From: Eledone cirrhosa
Lineage: Eukaryota
Reading direction: 5' to 3'
NCBI GenBank assembly: GCA_964016885.1
Contig: OZ024749.1
Location: forward strand, 6,820,001-6,884,000
Length of the DNA: 64,000 nucleotides
A program made the translations under genes and the position numbers. The number at the start of each line of letters is the position of its first letter. Within the stretch, counting starts at the first letter, position 1. The notes below the pieces were generated by a model. It was not told the origin of the DNA, searched no databases, and saw only the letters and a program-made list of their open reading frames with translations. This document shows, piece after piece, positions 40,105 to 52,869 of the stretch.

Positions 40105-40546
40105 TGCCCCAATAATACTAATATTGATAATCTAACCAACATCAGCATTTAGCGATAATCACTTTCTGTGCCTGAGGTATCTGTCAGGTAGCCAGTCCAG
40201 CAGTTCTGAAAGAAGTGCTCGAACTGATTCAAAAAATGAGGAAGTGAATTACCGCAAAAAAAAAACAATAATATATATATATATATACACACATTATATA
40301 TATATACATTATATAAATATATATACATTATATGTATGTATATATATATATATATATATATACATATATATGTAGAGGTTATATTTAATTTGTTGGGATA
40401 CAACAAGCAAAATATTTTTATAACTGATATAAAGCACTCAACAAATTAATTGGAGTAAATATACAATATATTAACAAATGGAAACTATATTTATAAAACC
40501 ATATTTATTTCATTATACATATTTCATTATACATATTTCAAGGATC

Positions 40547-40579
<33 letters not shown>

Positions 40580-41011
40580 GAGAGAGACAGAGAGAGAGCT
40601 TCATATATCTATTAATTTATGAATTGGCACAAACGATGTATAAGAAACCAAATGTGTGTTCAACATGCTTAGAGGCATTTGTTGATGAAGTTAGAAGACT
40701 TCCAAGATATGTTTATCCCATGTCTATATATTGGCAATGATATTGAAACCTTAAGATGAAAAATTATTCGAGAATTTTTACGAAAAAACTTCTTCGTCTG
40801 ATTAAATCAGTGTAGTGTCCAAATTTTAAACAGGAATATATATTTTTTTTCTTGTTTTCGGTAATTAAATATATGTGTCATGTGGGCACACACAAACATG
40901 CACACCCACACATATATATGTGCACACATATATATACACACACATATATATATATACTAATGTATGTGTCTGTAAATATATATATATAGAGATATTTATA
41001 TTATGGAAATG

Positions 41012-41060
41012 ATTTCTACAGGACTAGACCCGTTTCATTCGTAAGAAATCATCAGGAAAT
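41012..41060 (-). ncRNA. Type I hammerhead ribozyme
   Basis: Minus strand ATTTC-CTGATGA-T TTC TTAC GAA T-GAA-ACGGG TCTAGT CCTGT-A-GAAAT; GUA site; U-U at the base of helix II. Confidence 0.75.
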
Positions 41061-41249
41061 GAAACATTTCTAGTCCTTTCTATGATAAAATAAATAAGCC
41101 TACACTCTACCAACATATTGAGTACTTTTTTGACTGTGGTCACCACTTCATATACATTGAGATTCCCCTATGATATATATATATATATATCTACAAACAT
41201 AAGTCAACATATATAAATATATTTATTTCCGCTGTAAAGGGATTTTGTT

Positions 41250-41697
41250 GGTGACACGTCAAAAAGCTCCCAGTCAACACTGTAATGTGGTCATGTAGGA
41301 GACACGGTGAAAAGGCTCCCAGTCCACACTGTAATGTGGTCATGTAGGAGACACGGTGAAAAGGCTCCCAGTCCACACTGTAATGTGGTTGCGTAGGAGA
41401 CACGGTGAAAAGGCTCCCAGTCCACACTGTAATGTGGTCATGTAGGAGACACGGTGAAAAGGCTCCCAGTCCACACTGTAATGTGGTCGTGTAGGAGACA
41501 CGGTGAAAAGGCTCCCAGTCCACACTGTGAATGTGGTTGATGTTAGGAAGGGCATCCAGCTGTAGAAAACTTGACAGGGACAGTTCTGTACGAGCAAGAC
41601 ATCGTCTCCCAACCAATCCTGCCTCAAGTGTAACAAAACCGTCCAACCCATGCTAGCGTGGAAGATGGGCGTTAAACGATGATGATGATGATAATGA
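41250..41697 (+). mobile_element. RTE 3' UTR fragment with 49-bp module expanded to ~5 copies
   Basis: CAGTCCACACTGTAATGTGGTCATGTAGGAGACACGGTGAAAAGGCTCC tandem 41271-41525, then GGAAGGGCATCCAGC and an (ATG)n tail. Confidence 0.85.
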
Positions 41698-42182
41698 TAT
41701 ATAAGTGTTAAGGTGCAAATTAATTGCGTATGCAGGCGGTATGCTGGGTGAGCGCTCGATGCTCTTAGGGAGCAGAGTATCAATAGTAATAATATATAAG
41801 GGAATAAAGTATCAGTGTTACATCATATACATATTTAATTCCATATTACACATGTTTCACTGTCGATCAGCCCGAGGAATGATCTATTAATGATCGAACC
41901 TGACTCTGGAATTGGAAGCTCCTCAGGTATGTTTTAATATGTAGGCTCAGGTCTGAGAGTGCATGAACATTTTCCCAAATCCTGCTTATAAGTTAACACA
42001 AATTCTATCATGGTGATATTCAACCGTATTTGTTCATTGGTTTATTTTTGGTCAGATAACAGTGGGATTTCTTCATAAATTAGCGGCTATTCTCACCATC
42101 CCGGTCAAATCGTCGTGCTTATGCATGCGTGTCAACCCATCTGCCTGGCTTCCACTATCACATTGTTTGAAGTCATCATTAA

Positions 42183-43323
42183 CCCTTTAGCATTCGCATT
42201 AATTTTCAAACGTCATACTTATCTGTCCACGTACTGGGTAATTGCTGGCCTTGTGCCAAAAGTAGAAACAATTATTTTCAGTTAATCATACTCAAGAGGG
42301 TTATCAATTTTATTTGTTTGTAATTTTCTTAATTTTCTATGTGTAGGCTAGACATTTTGTCAGTAGATGTTTAAATATCAATAATTTACAATTATATAAT
42401 TTTACCTGATTTTTTTGGTCAAATTTGACTTTTATGGGCAGGTGAAATTAATTAATAGGGGCATTTGAAGTATCAACCAGGTGCAAATACTGGTTTAATT
42501 TTAAATACGTTGTTTTCGGCATAATACTTGATATATAAGAATCACTAAACCTTATATCAGTGCTCCAGTAATTCCACAGTCTTGGAAATTCTTTTATACC
42601 AAACATAATGTTTACGGTAAAAAATGCTTGCATATCCACAGCACCTGTCGGTCGCCATAACAGATCGGGTTTTCCTCGATTTGAAATCTGTTGTTGGGCA
42701 TATCGATTAATCTCTTCTGCCACAACTTCGGAGAAAGTTTGTGGTAAAAACAAAAAGAAATAATCCAGTGCTTTAGCATCGGGAGCTAATGTGTGTTGTG
42801 GACCAGTATTTTGAATAAAATCGGGAACATATATTGGTGTGGTATTTGTCAACCATGTTGCTGTAATATTTTCAATGGCGCCCTGGATACCTCCTTCGTT
42901 TTCACTTTCAAAACAACAATCATCGTCGGACGAAATTTCAGAAATATAAACATCAGATTCATTTGAAGATAAATCATTAATATTATTGTTTGTTTGTTGT
43001 TTATTTTGAATGTTGTTGTGTGTAAAACCTTCAAAGTCGGTATCGCTACTTTCATAAGCCATGTTGATACAAAAAAAAAATTTATTGTACTTCCAGAGTT
43101 AAAAAAACACTTGTTGTTTTAAGTTGTTCCACTATATTAAGTGTTAATTTTCGCGGTAAGGGCCTAATCCCGCAGCAGTCTCGAATTGACGAGATTTTGA
43201 TGATGGTTTGTTTATTTTTAGAACGATTTTTTAGTATGGGTGTTTTCGGGCGATTCCAGGCGGTTTGAACAAATGAAGGGGAAATAATTCCGGACGATTT
43301 CGGGCGGTTTGAACACTAAAGGG
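42183..43323 (-). mobile_element. Internally deleted piggyBac transposon
   Basis: TTAA|CCCTTTAG ... CTAAAGGG|TTAA; contains a transposase N-terminal ORF. Confidence 0.85.
42448..43062 (-). pseudogene. piggyBac (PGBD/DDE_Tnp_1_7-type) transposase, N-terminal 204 aa only
   Basis: Acidic N-terminus, then LDYFFLFL..EEINRYA..W..DMQAFF..MFGI..NYWS..IMP..YLHLVD; truncated before the catalytic DDD residues. Confidence 0.85.
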
Positions 43324-44044
43324 TTAAGCAAAACTTCCTGCTATTTATTCTTTCCAATCATATCAGAAATATCTATAAGTGAGATTGTATATAAACAGCT
43401 TTCTTTAAATATTGAACATATATAAGCAAATATAAAGAGTACTCACAACACAAAGAGTTACATTGGATATTCAAGAGTCTTTTGTGGTTATGAACAGAGA
43501 AAGGAAGGGGAAGGCAAGGGCGCTAGGGTCACAGAAGAATGTGGCAGATGATGGGCTCTGGGCCTTGGGTGCAGCGTATTGAGGCTGCACCTTGCAGACA
43601 AGACTGCAAAAGCATTATTCAATTTAAATGTGCATAAAGAGTTGGTAAGACATGGCAGACTTGAAAAGGTATCTCATATCTCTTACATATAAGAAACAAA
43701 ATCATGAGAGAGATGAAAAAGAAAAGGTGTAAAAATGGAGGCAAAATATGCATAAATATGAAAGATCATGAATAACATGGACACCAGCGCATCTCCCACA
43801 CCCTCATCCAGGGAAATACCTTCTCTATTGTGTCTGCCAAAGCCGCTAGTATCCCTGGACCTGCTCATAATAGTGAGAGATAGGGAGAGCAGGAGAGATG
43901 GGGGCAGTGGCAGTTTGGTTCCTTTGTGTTCAGACACGGTGCATAGGTTTCACAGACACTCTACATTTTACACTTGTTTTTAATGCAAACTAAAACAAGG
44001 GAAATAGTAAAAGAATTGTTTAGAACTACATTGCTTTCTGTATT

Positions 44045-44425
44045 ACCACCACCACACCACCACCACCACCACTACACCACCATCACCACCCCAAGTATCA
44101 CAACCACCACCACCCCAAGCACCACCACAACCATCACTACACCACCAACACCCCAAGCACCACAACCACCACCACTACTACTACACCACCACCACATCAC
44201 CACCACTAATACCACCACCACCACCAGCACCACTACATCACCCCACCACTACCAACACCACCACCCCAAGTATAACCCCCCCACCACATCACCATCACCA
44301 CCATCACCACTACATCACCCCACCACCACCACCACTACACCACCAACACTCCAAGTATCACCACCACCGCCCCCACAACACCACCGCCCCCATCATCAGC
44401 CCTCTACCACCACCACCATCACTAC
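44045..44425. repeat. (CAC)n microsatellite
   Basis: Direct inspection. Confidence 0.9.
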
Positions 44426-44609
44426 ATGGACAACTTCTCTCTGAGAAGTAATTTTTACATTAGAATAAATAGTGCCATATATTTTCTGGGTAATCTCTAC
44501 AAGAATTTAGATGTGACTATGTGACCTGTTCTTAACAAATACTGTAAAACATTCAATCCAAAGTTCTCTTGACTGTCAATTCCCCACATATCATTGGCTA
44601 TAGAGATTG

Positions 44610-46455
44610 AACTACAACTACCCCACATCATTTGAGGCCCTCTGCTATAACTACAACTACCCCCCATATTTGAAGCCCTCTGCTATAACTACAACTACCC
44701 CACATCATTTGAGGTCCTCTGCTATAACCAGAACTACCCCACATCATTTGAGGCCCTCTGCTATAACCAGAACTACCCCCACATCATTTGAAGCCCTCTG
44801 CTATAACTACAACTACCCCACATCACTTGAAGCTCTCTGCTATAACTACAACTACCCCACATCATTTGAAGCTCTCTGCTATAACTACAACTACCCCACA
44901 TCATTTGAAGCCCTCTGCTATAACTACAACTACCCCCCCATCATTTGAAGCCCTCTGCTATAACTACAACTACCCCACATCCTTTGAAGCCCTCTGCTAT
45001 AACTACAACTACCCCACATCATTTGAAGCCCTCTGCTATAACTACAACTACCCCACATCATTTGAAGCCCTCTGCTATAACTACAACTACCCCACATCAT
45101 TTGAAGCTCTCTGCTATAACTACAACTACCCCACATCATTTGAAGCTCTCTGCTATAACTACAACTACCCCCACATCCTTTGAAGCTCTCTGCTATAACT
45201 ACAACTACCCCACATCATTTGAAGCCCTCTGCTATAACTACAACTACCCCCACATCATTTGAAGCTCTCTGCTATAACCAGAACTACCCCACATCATTTG
45301 AAGCCCTCTGCTATAACTACAACTACCCCACATCATTTGAAGCCCTCTGCTATAACTACAACTACCCCACATCCTTTGAAGCTCTCTGCTATAACCAGAA
45401 CTACCCAACATCATTTGAAGCTCTCTGCTATAACTACAACTACCCCCACATCATTTGAAGCTCTCTGCTATAACTACAACTACCCCCACATCATTTGAAG
45501 CTCTCTGCTATAACCAGAACTACCCCACATCATTTGAAGCTCTCTGCTATAACTACAACTACCCCACATCATTTGAGGTCCTCTGCTATAACCAGAACTA
45601 CCCCACATCATTTGAGGCCCTCTGCTATAACCAGAACTACCCCCACATCATTTGAAGCCCTCTGCTATAACTACAACTACCCCACATCACTTGAAGCTCT
45701 CTGCTATAACTACAACTACCCCACATCATTTGAAGCTCTCTGCTATAACTACAACTACCCCACATCATTTGAAGCCCTCTGCTATAACTACAACTACCCC
45801 CCCATCATTTGAAGCCCTCTGCTATAACTACAACTACCCCACATCCTTTGAAGCCCTCTGCTATAACTACAACTACCCCACATCATTTGAAGCCCTCTGC
45901 TATAACTACAACTACCCCACATCATTTGAAGCCCTCTGCTATAACTACAACTACCCCACATCATTTGAAGCTCTCTGCTATAACTACAACTACCCCACAT
46001 CATTTGAAGCTCTCTGCTATAACTACAACTACCCCCACATCCTTTGAAGCTCTCTGCTATAACTACAACTACCCCACATCATTTGAAGCCCTCTGCTATA
46101 ACTACAACTACCCCCACATCATTTGAAGCTCTCTGCTATAACCAGAACTACCCCACATCATTTGAAGCCCTCTGCTATAACTACAACTACCCCACATCAT
46201 TTGAAGCCCTCTGCTATAACTACAACTACCCCACATCCTTTGAAGCTCTCTGCTATAACCAGAACTACCCAACATCATTTGAAGCTCTCTGCTATAACTA
46301 CAACTACCCCCACATCATTTGAAGCTCTCTGCTATAACTACAACTACCCCCACATCATTTGAAGCTCTTTGCTATAACCAGAACTACCCCACATCATTTG
46401 AAGCTCTCTGCTATAACTACAACTACCCCACATCATTTGAAGATCTTTGCTATAA
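44610..46455. repeat. 39-40 bp minisatellite with 864-bp higher-order duplication
   Basis: AACTACAACTACCCCACATCATTTGAAGCCCTCTGCTAT; ORF-track translations repeat exactly at offset 864 (44788/45652, 44945/45809, 45180/46044). Confidence 0.95.
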
Positions 46456-46805
46456 GACATTTGAATTCTTTCTTTTGGTGTTTGGGTTGTGTCAGTGATA
46501 GCTTTTCTATTTTGTTTTGTATCTTTATCAATTGATTAGTAGTCGCACTAGCTGGTATATTAAAAGTAATTTCTTCATAGTAGATTACCATCTGTCTTTA
46601 TTGTAATAGACAAGATATAATCACACTTGTGACTGATGGCATGCTTGGCAACATTCAACAATAGCTAACACTTTGGTAAAGACTTGTTCTCTCTCACATA
46701 CACACACACATACTCCAGCTCCAAACACAAAGGAACCAAACTCCCACTAACACTGTCCCCGTCCCTCCTATTCTCTCCACCTGTCATTATTGTGAGCAAA
46801 TGGGG

Positions 46806-46961
46806 ATGGATTGGCAGTATCGGTAGAGAGTTACGTCCCTTTTTGGTATGAGTTCAAATCCCGCCAAGGTTAACGTTGCCTTTCATTCTTACGAGGGTGA
46901 TAAAATAAAGTACCAGTAATGCACTGGGATAATTGCTGGCCTTGTGCCAAAAGTATAAACG
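46806..46961 (+). mobile_element. SINE family B inserted in repeat family C
   Basis: 20-bp TSD ATTATTGTGAGCAAATGGGG at 46786-46805 and 46962-46981. Confidence 0.85.
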
Positions 46962-47281
46962 ATTATTGTGAGCAAATGGGGTCCCATGTGCTAGCCACCC
47001 CAAGGCCCTGATGGACAGAACCGAGGTATTTCCCTTGGAGGATGGTGAAGGAGTCACACTGGAAGAGCCATTCCAGTTTGTAAGGCTTCCACCCACTGGT
47101 AGCCAACTCCATACCGATGGTGGTGAGAAGGGAGGTGGCCCTAGAGCCAAGGACACCAGAAGTGTCCACTGCCATGGGGTGTACTGGAAAGAGATCAAAT
47201 CTAAATAAGATATAGCTGACTATATATATTATTGTTTTCTTAGAAAGGGAAGTTTACAGAATTGCTCCAAATATTTCCTGT

Positions 47282-50075
47282 CTGTTATTGTAACTGTTAT
47301 TAACAGTTTTAATTACATACTGTTATTGTAACTGTTATTGTCAACAGTTTTAATTCCATACTGTTATTGTAACTGTTATTGTCAACAGTTTTAATTCCAT
47401 ACTGTTATTGTAACTGTTATTGTCAACAGTTTTAATTCCATACTGTTATTGTAACTGTTATTGTCAACAGTTTTAATTCCATACCGTTATTGTAACTGTT
47501 ATTGTCAACAGTTTTAATTCCATACTGTTATTGTAACTGTTATTGTCAACAGTTTTAATTCCATACTGTTATTGTAACTGTTATTGTCAACAGTTTTAAT
47601 TCCATACTGTTATTGTAACTGTTATTGTCAACAGTTTTAATTCCATACTGTTATTGTAACTGTTATTGTCAACAGTTTTAATTCCATACTGTTATTGTAA
47701 CTGTTATTGTCAACAGTTTTAATTCCATACTGTTATTGTAACTGTTATTGTCAACAGTTTTAATTCCATACTGTTATTGTAACTGTTATTGTCAACAGTT
47801 TTAATTCCATACCGTTATTGTAACTGTTATTGTCAACAGTTTTAATTCCATACCGTTATTGTAACTGTTATTGTCAACAGTTTTAATTCCATACTGTTAT
47901 TGTAACTGTTATTGTCAACAGTTTTAATTCCATACCGTTATTGTAACTGTTATTGTCAACAGTTTTAATTCCATACTGTTATTGTAACTGTTATTGTCAA
48001 CAGTTTTAATTCCATACTGTTATTGTAACTGTTATTGTCAACAGTTTTAATTCCATACTGTTATTGTAACTGTTATTGTCAACAGATTTAATTCCATACT
48101 GTTATTGTAACTGTTATTGTCAACAGTTTTAATTCCATACTGTTATTCTGTTATTGTCAACAGTTTTAATTCCATACCGTTATTGTAACTGTTATTGTCA
48201 ACAGTTTTAATTCCATACTGTTATTGTAACTGTTATTGTCAACAGTTTTAATTCCATACCGTTATTGTAACTGTTATTGTCAACAGTTTTAATTCCATAC
48301 TGTTATTGTAACTGTTATTGTCAACAGTTTTAATCCATACTGTTATTGTAACTGTTATTAACAGTTTTAATTCCATACTGTTATTGTAACTGTTATTGTC
48401 AACAGTTTTAATTCCATACTGTTATTGTAACTGTTATTGTCAACAGTTTTAATTCCATACTGTTATTGTAACTGTTATTGTCGACAGTTTTAATTCCATA
48501 CTGTTATTGTAACTGTTATTGTCAACAGTTTTAATTCCATACTGTTATTGTAACTGTTATTGTCAACAGTTTTAATTCCATACTGTTATTGTAACTGTTA
48601 TTGTCAACAGTTTTAATTCCATACTGTTATTGTAACTGTTATTGTCAACAGTTTTAATTCCATACTGTTATTGTAACTGTTATTGTCAACAGTTTTAATT
48701 CCATACTGTTATTGTAACTGTTATTGTCAACAGTTTTAATTCCATACCGTTATTGTAACTGTTATTGTCAACAGTTTTAATTCCATACTGTTATTGTAAC
48801 TGTTATTGTCAACAGTTTTAATTCCATACCGTTATTGTAACTGTTATTGTCAACAGTTTTAATTCCATACTGTTATTGTAACTGTTATTGTCAACAGTTT
48901 TAATCCATACTGTTATTGTAACTGTTATTGTCAACAGTTTTAATTCCATAATGTTATTGTAACTGTTATTGTCGACAGTTTTAATTCCATACTGTTATTG
49001 TAACTGTTATTGTCAACAGTTTTAATTCCATACTGTTATTGTAACTGTTATTGTCAACAGTTTTAATTCCATACTGTTATTGTAACTGTTATTGTCAACA
49101 GTTTTAATTCCATACTGTTATTCTAACTGTTTTTGTCGACAGTTTTAATTCCATACTGTTATTGTAACTGTTATTGTCAACAGTTTTAATTACATACTGT
49201 TATTGTGACTGTTATTGTCAACAGTTTTAATTCCATACTGTTATTGTAACTGTTATTGTCAACAGTTTTAATTCCATACTGTTATTGTAACTGTTATTGT
49301 CAACAGTTTTAATTCCATACTGTTATTGTAACTGTTATTGTCAAGTTTTAATTCCATACTGTTATTGTAACTGTTATTGTCAAGTTTTAATTCCATACTG
49401 TTATTGTAACTGTTATTGTCAACAGTTTTAATTCCATACTGTTATTGTAACTGTTATTGTCAACAGTTTTAATTCCATACTGTTATTGTAACTGTTATTG
49501 TCGACAGTTTTAATTCCATACTGTTATTGTAACTGTTATTGTCAACAGTTTTAATTCCATACTGTTATTGTAACTGTTATTGTCAACAGTTTTAATTCCA
49601 TACTGTTATTCTAACTGTTATTGTCAACAGTTTTAATTCCATACTGTTATTGTAACTGTTATTGTCAAGTTTTAATTCCATACTGTTATTGTAACTGTTA
49701 TTGTCGACAGTTTTAATTCCATACTGTTATTCTAACTGTTATTGTCAACAGTTTTAATTCCATACTGTTATTGTAACTGTTATTGTCAACAGTTTTAATT
49801 CCATACTGTTATTGTAACTGTTATTGTCAAGTTTTAATTCCATACTGTTATTGTAACTGTTATTGTCAAGTTTTAATTCTATACTGTTATTGTCAACAGT
49901 TTTAATTCCATACTGTTATTGTAACTGTTATTGTCAACAGTTTTAATTCCATACTGTTATTGTAACTGTTATTGTCAACAGTTTTAATTTCATACTGTTA
50001 TTGTAACTGTTATTGTCAACAGTTTTAATTCCATACTGTTATTGTAACTGTTATTAATTGTCAGTTTTAATTCCA
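47282..50075. repeat. 41-bp AT-rich satellite, roughly 68 copies
   Basis: TACTGTTATTGTAACTGTTATTGTCAACAGTTTTAATTCCA. Confidence 0.97.
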
Positions 50076-50349
50076 TTAGTTCTGACAGGTAATTATTGTT
50101 TAACAAGCCATGATGTGCTTAATTATCCCATTTAATGATACAACATTTTCTAATTCATTGAATTTGGTCATTAATTTGATATATTTTGGAGGTGGTGAAG
50201 CTGTTGGTGTGGCTGGTTGATGGCTCCTCAGTGCTTTCTGCTAACTTCATTAATCCCACAGATAGATCAGTGAGCTTTTCTTAGGTTATATTGTTATTTG
50301 GTTAATTTGTAATTTGTATCAGAATTCAGTCCACTTCCATGCCAAAAAG

Positions 50350-52682
50350 CACCTAGTCTACGTTGTAAAGAGGTATTTTTGCACCATGACAAAAATTGCC
50401 CAGTCTAGGTTGTAAAGGTCTCTTTGGTGCCATGGCAAAAATTGCCCAGTCTACACTGTAAAGAGGTTTTTTGGTGCCATGGCAAAAATTGCCCAGTCTG
50501 CACTGTAAAGAGGTTTTTTGGTGCCATGACAAAAATTGCCCAGTCTGCACTGTAAAGAGGTTTTTTGGTGCCATGACAAAAATTGCCCAGTCTGCACTGT
50601 AAAGAGGTTTTTTGGTGCCATGACAAAAATTGCCCAGTCTGCACTGTAAAGAGGTTTTTTGGTGCCATGACAAAAATTGCCCAGTCTGCACTGTAAAGAG
50701 GTTTTTTGGTGCCATGACAAAAATTGCCCAGTCTGCACTGTAAAGAGGTTTTTTGGTGCCATGGCAAAAATTGCCCAGTCTGCACTGTAAAGAGGTTTTT
50801 TGGTGCCATGACAAAAATTGCCCAGTCTGCACTGTAAAGAGGTTTTTTGGTGCCATGACAAAAATTGCCCAGTCTGCACTGTAAAGAGGTTCTTTGGTGC
50901 CATGACAAAAATTGCCCAGTCTGCACTGTAAAGAGGTTTTTTGATGCCATGGCAAAAATTGCCCAGTCTGCACTGTAAAGAGGTTTTTTGGTGCCATGGC
51001 AAAAATTGCCCAGTCTGCACTGTAAAGAGGTTTTTTGGTGCCATGACAAAAATTGCCCAGTCTGCACTGTAAAGAGGTTTTTTGGTGCCATGACAAAAAT
51101 TGCCCAGTCTGCACTGTAAAGAGGTTTTTTGGTGCCATGGCAAAAATTGCCCAGTCTGCACTGTAAAGAGGTTTTTTGGTGCCATGACAAAAATTGCCCA
51201 GTCTGCACTGTAAAGAGGTTTTTTGGTGCCATGACAAAAATTGCCCAGTCTGCACTGTAAAGAGGTTTTTTGGTGCCATGGCAAAAATTGCCCAGTCTGC
51301 ACTGTAAAGAGGTTTTTTGGTGCCATGACAAAAATTGCCCAGTCTGCACTGTAAAGAGGTTTTTTGGTGCCATGACAAAAATTGCCCAGTCTGCACTGTA
51401 AAGAGGTTTTTTGGTGCCATGACAAAAATTGCCCAGTCTGCACTGTAAAGAGGTTTTTTGGTGCCATGACAAAAATTGCCCAGTCTGCACTGTAAAGAGG
51501 TTTTTTGGTGCCATGACAAAAATTGCCCAGTCTGCACTGTAAAGAGGTTTTTTGGTGCCATGGCAAAAATTGCCCAGTCTGCACTGTAAAGAGGTTTTTT
51601 GGTGCCATGACAAAAATTGCCCAGTCTGCACTGTAAAGAGGTTTTTTGGTGCCATGACAAAAATTGCCCAGTCTGCACTGTAAAGAGGTTTTTTGGTGCC
51701 ATGACAAAAATTGCCCAGTCTGCACTGTAAAGAGGTTTTTTGGTGCCATGACAAAAATTGCCCAGTCTGCACTGTAAAGAGGTTTTTTGGTGCCATGGCA
51801 AAAATTGCCCAGTCTGCACTGTAAAGAGGTTTTTTGGTGCCATGACAAAAATTGCCCAGTCTGCACTGTAAAGAGGTTTTTTGGTGCCATGACAAAAATT
51901 GCCCAGTCTGCACTGTAAAGAGGTTTTTTGGTGCCATGGCAAAAATTGCCCAGTCTGCACTGTAAAGAGTTTTTTGGTGCCATGACAAAAATTGCCCAGT
52001 CTGCACTGTAAAGAGGTTTTTTGGTGCCATGACAAAAATTGCCCAGTCTGCACTGTAAAGAGTTTTTTGGTGCCATGACAAAAATTGCCCAGTCTGCACT
52101 GTAAAGAGGTTTTTTGGTGCCATGACAAAAATTGCCCAGTCTACGTTGTAAAGAGGTCTTTTTAGTGCCATGCCCAGTCTGCACTGTAAAGTGGTCTTTT
52201 TAGTGCCATGACAAAAATTGCCCAGTCTGCACTGTAAAGAGGTTTTTTGGTGCCATGAAAAAAATTGCCCAGTCTGCACTGTAAAGAGGTTTTTTGGTGC
52301 CATGACAAAAATTGCCCAGTCTACGTTGTAAAGAGGTCTTTTTAGTGCCATGCCCAGTCTGCACTGTAAAGAGTTTTTTGGTGCCATGACAAAAATTGCC
52401 CAGTCTGCACTGTAAAGAGTTTTTTGGTGCCATGACAAAAATTGCCCAGTCTGCACTGTAAAGAGGTTTTTTGGTGCCATGACAAAAATTGCCCAGTCTA
52501 CGTTGTAAAGAGGTCTTTTTAGTGCCATGCCCAGTCTGCACTGTAAAGTGGTCTTTTTAGTGCCATGACAAAAATTGCCCAGTCAGCACTGTAAAGAGGT
52601 TTTTTGGTGCCATGAAAAAAATTGCCCAGTCTACGTTATAAAGAGGTCGTTTTAGTGCCACAATAAAAACCATCCAGTCTAC
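50350..52682. repeat. 47-bp satellite, roughly 49 copies, derived from the RTE/SINE-A 3' module
   Basis: GCACTGTAAAGAGGTTTTTTGGTGCCATGACAAAAATTGCCCAGTCT; similar to CACTGCAAAGTGGTCGTGGAGGTGCCACGGCAAAAAAGCACCCAGCCGA. Confidence 0.95.
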
Positions 52683-52707
52683 ACAATCACACACATGTAT
52701 ATTTCAC

Positions 52708-52869
52708 TAAAAATGAAAGGTAGATTGTATGATGTATGATGCATGTATACAAACTGGTAGTGAGACATGAGTGCTGTGTGCAGAGGACCTGCAAAGTGGG
52801 ATCAGATGCAGTGTGCAGGAGAGGAGATTGTATTGATATGGGCATGTGATGCATATGAGGAATGACAGG
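52708..52869 (+). mobile_element. Degraded, internally deleted RTE fragment
   Basis: AAAATGAAAGGTAGATTGTATGAT..GGTAGTGAGACATG..GGGCATGTGATGCATATG matches 13595-13858. Confidence 0.7.

Noticed and set aside
40636-40740. Short plus-strand ORF MYKKPNVCSTCLEAFVDEVRRLPRY..
   Set aside because: Only 34 codons, with no splice or homology support visible.
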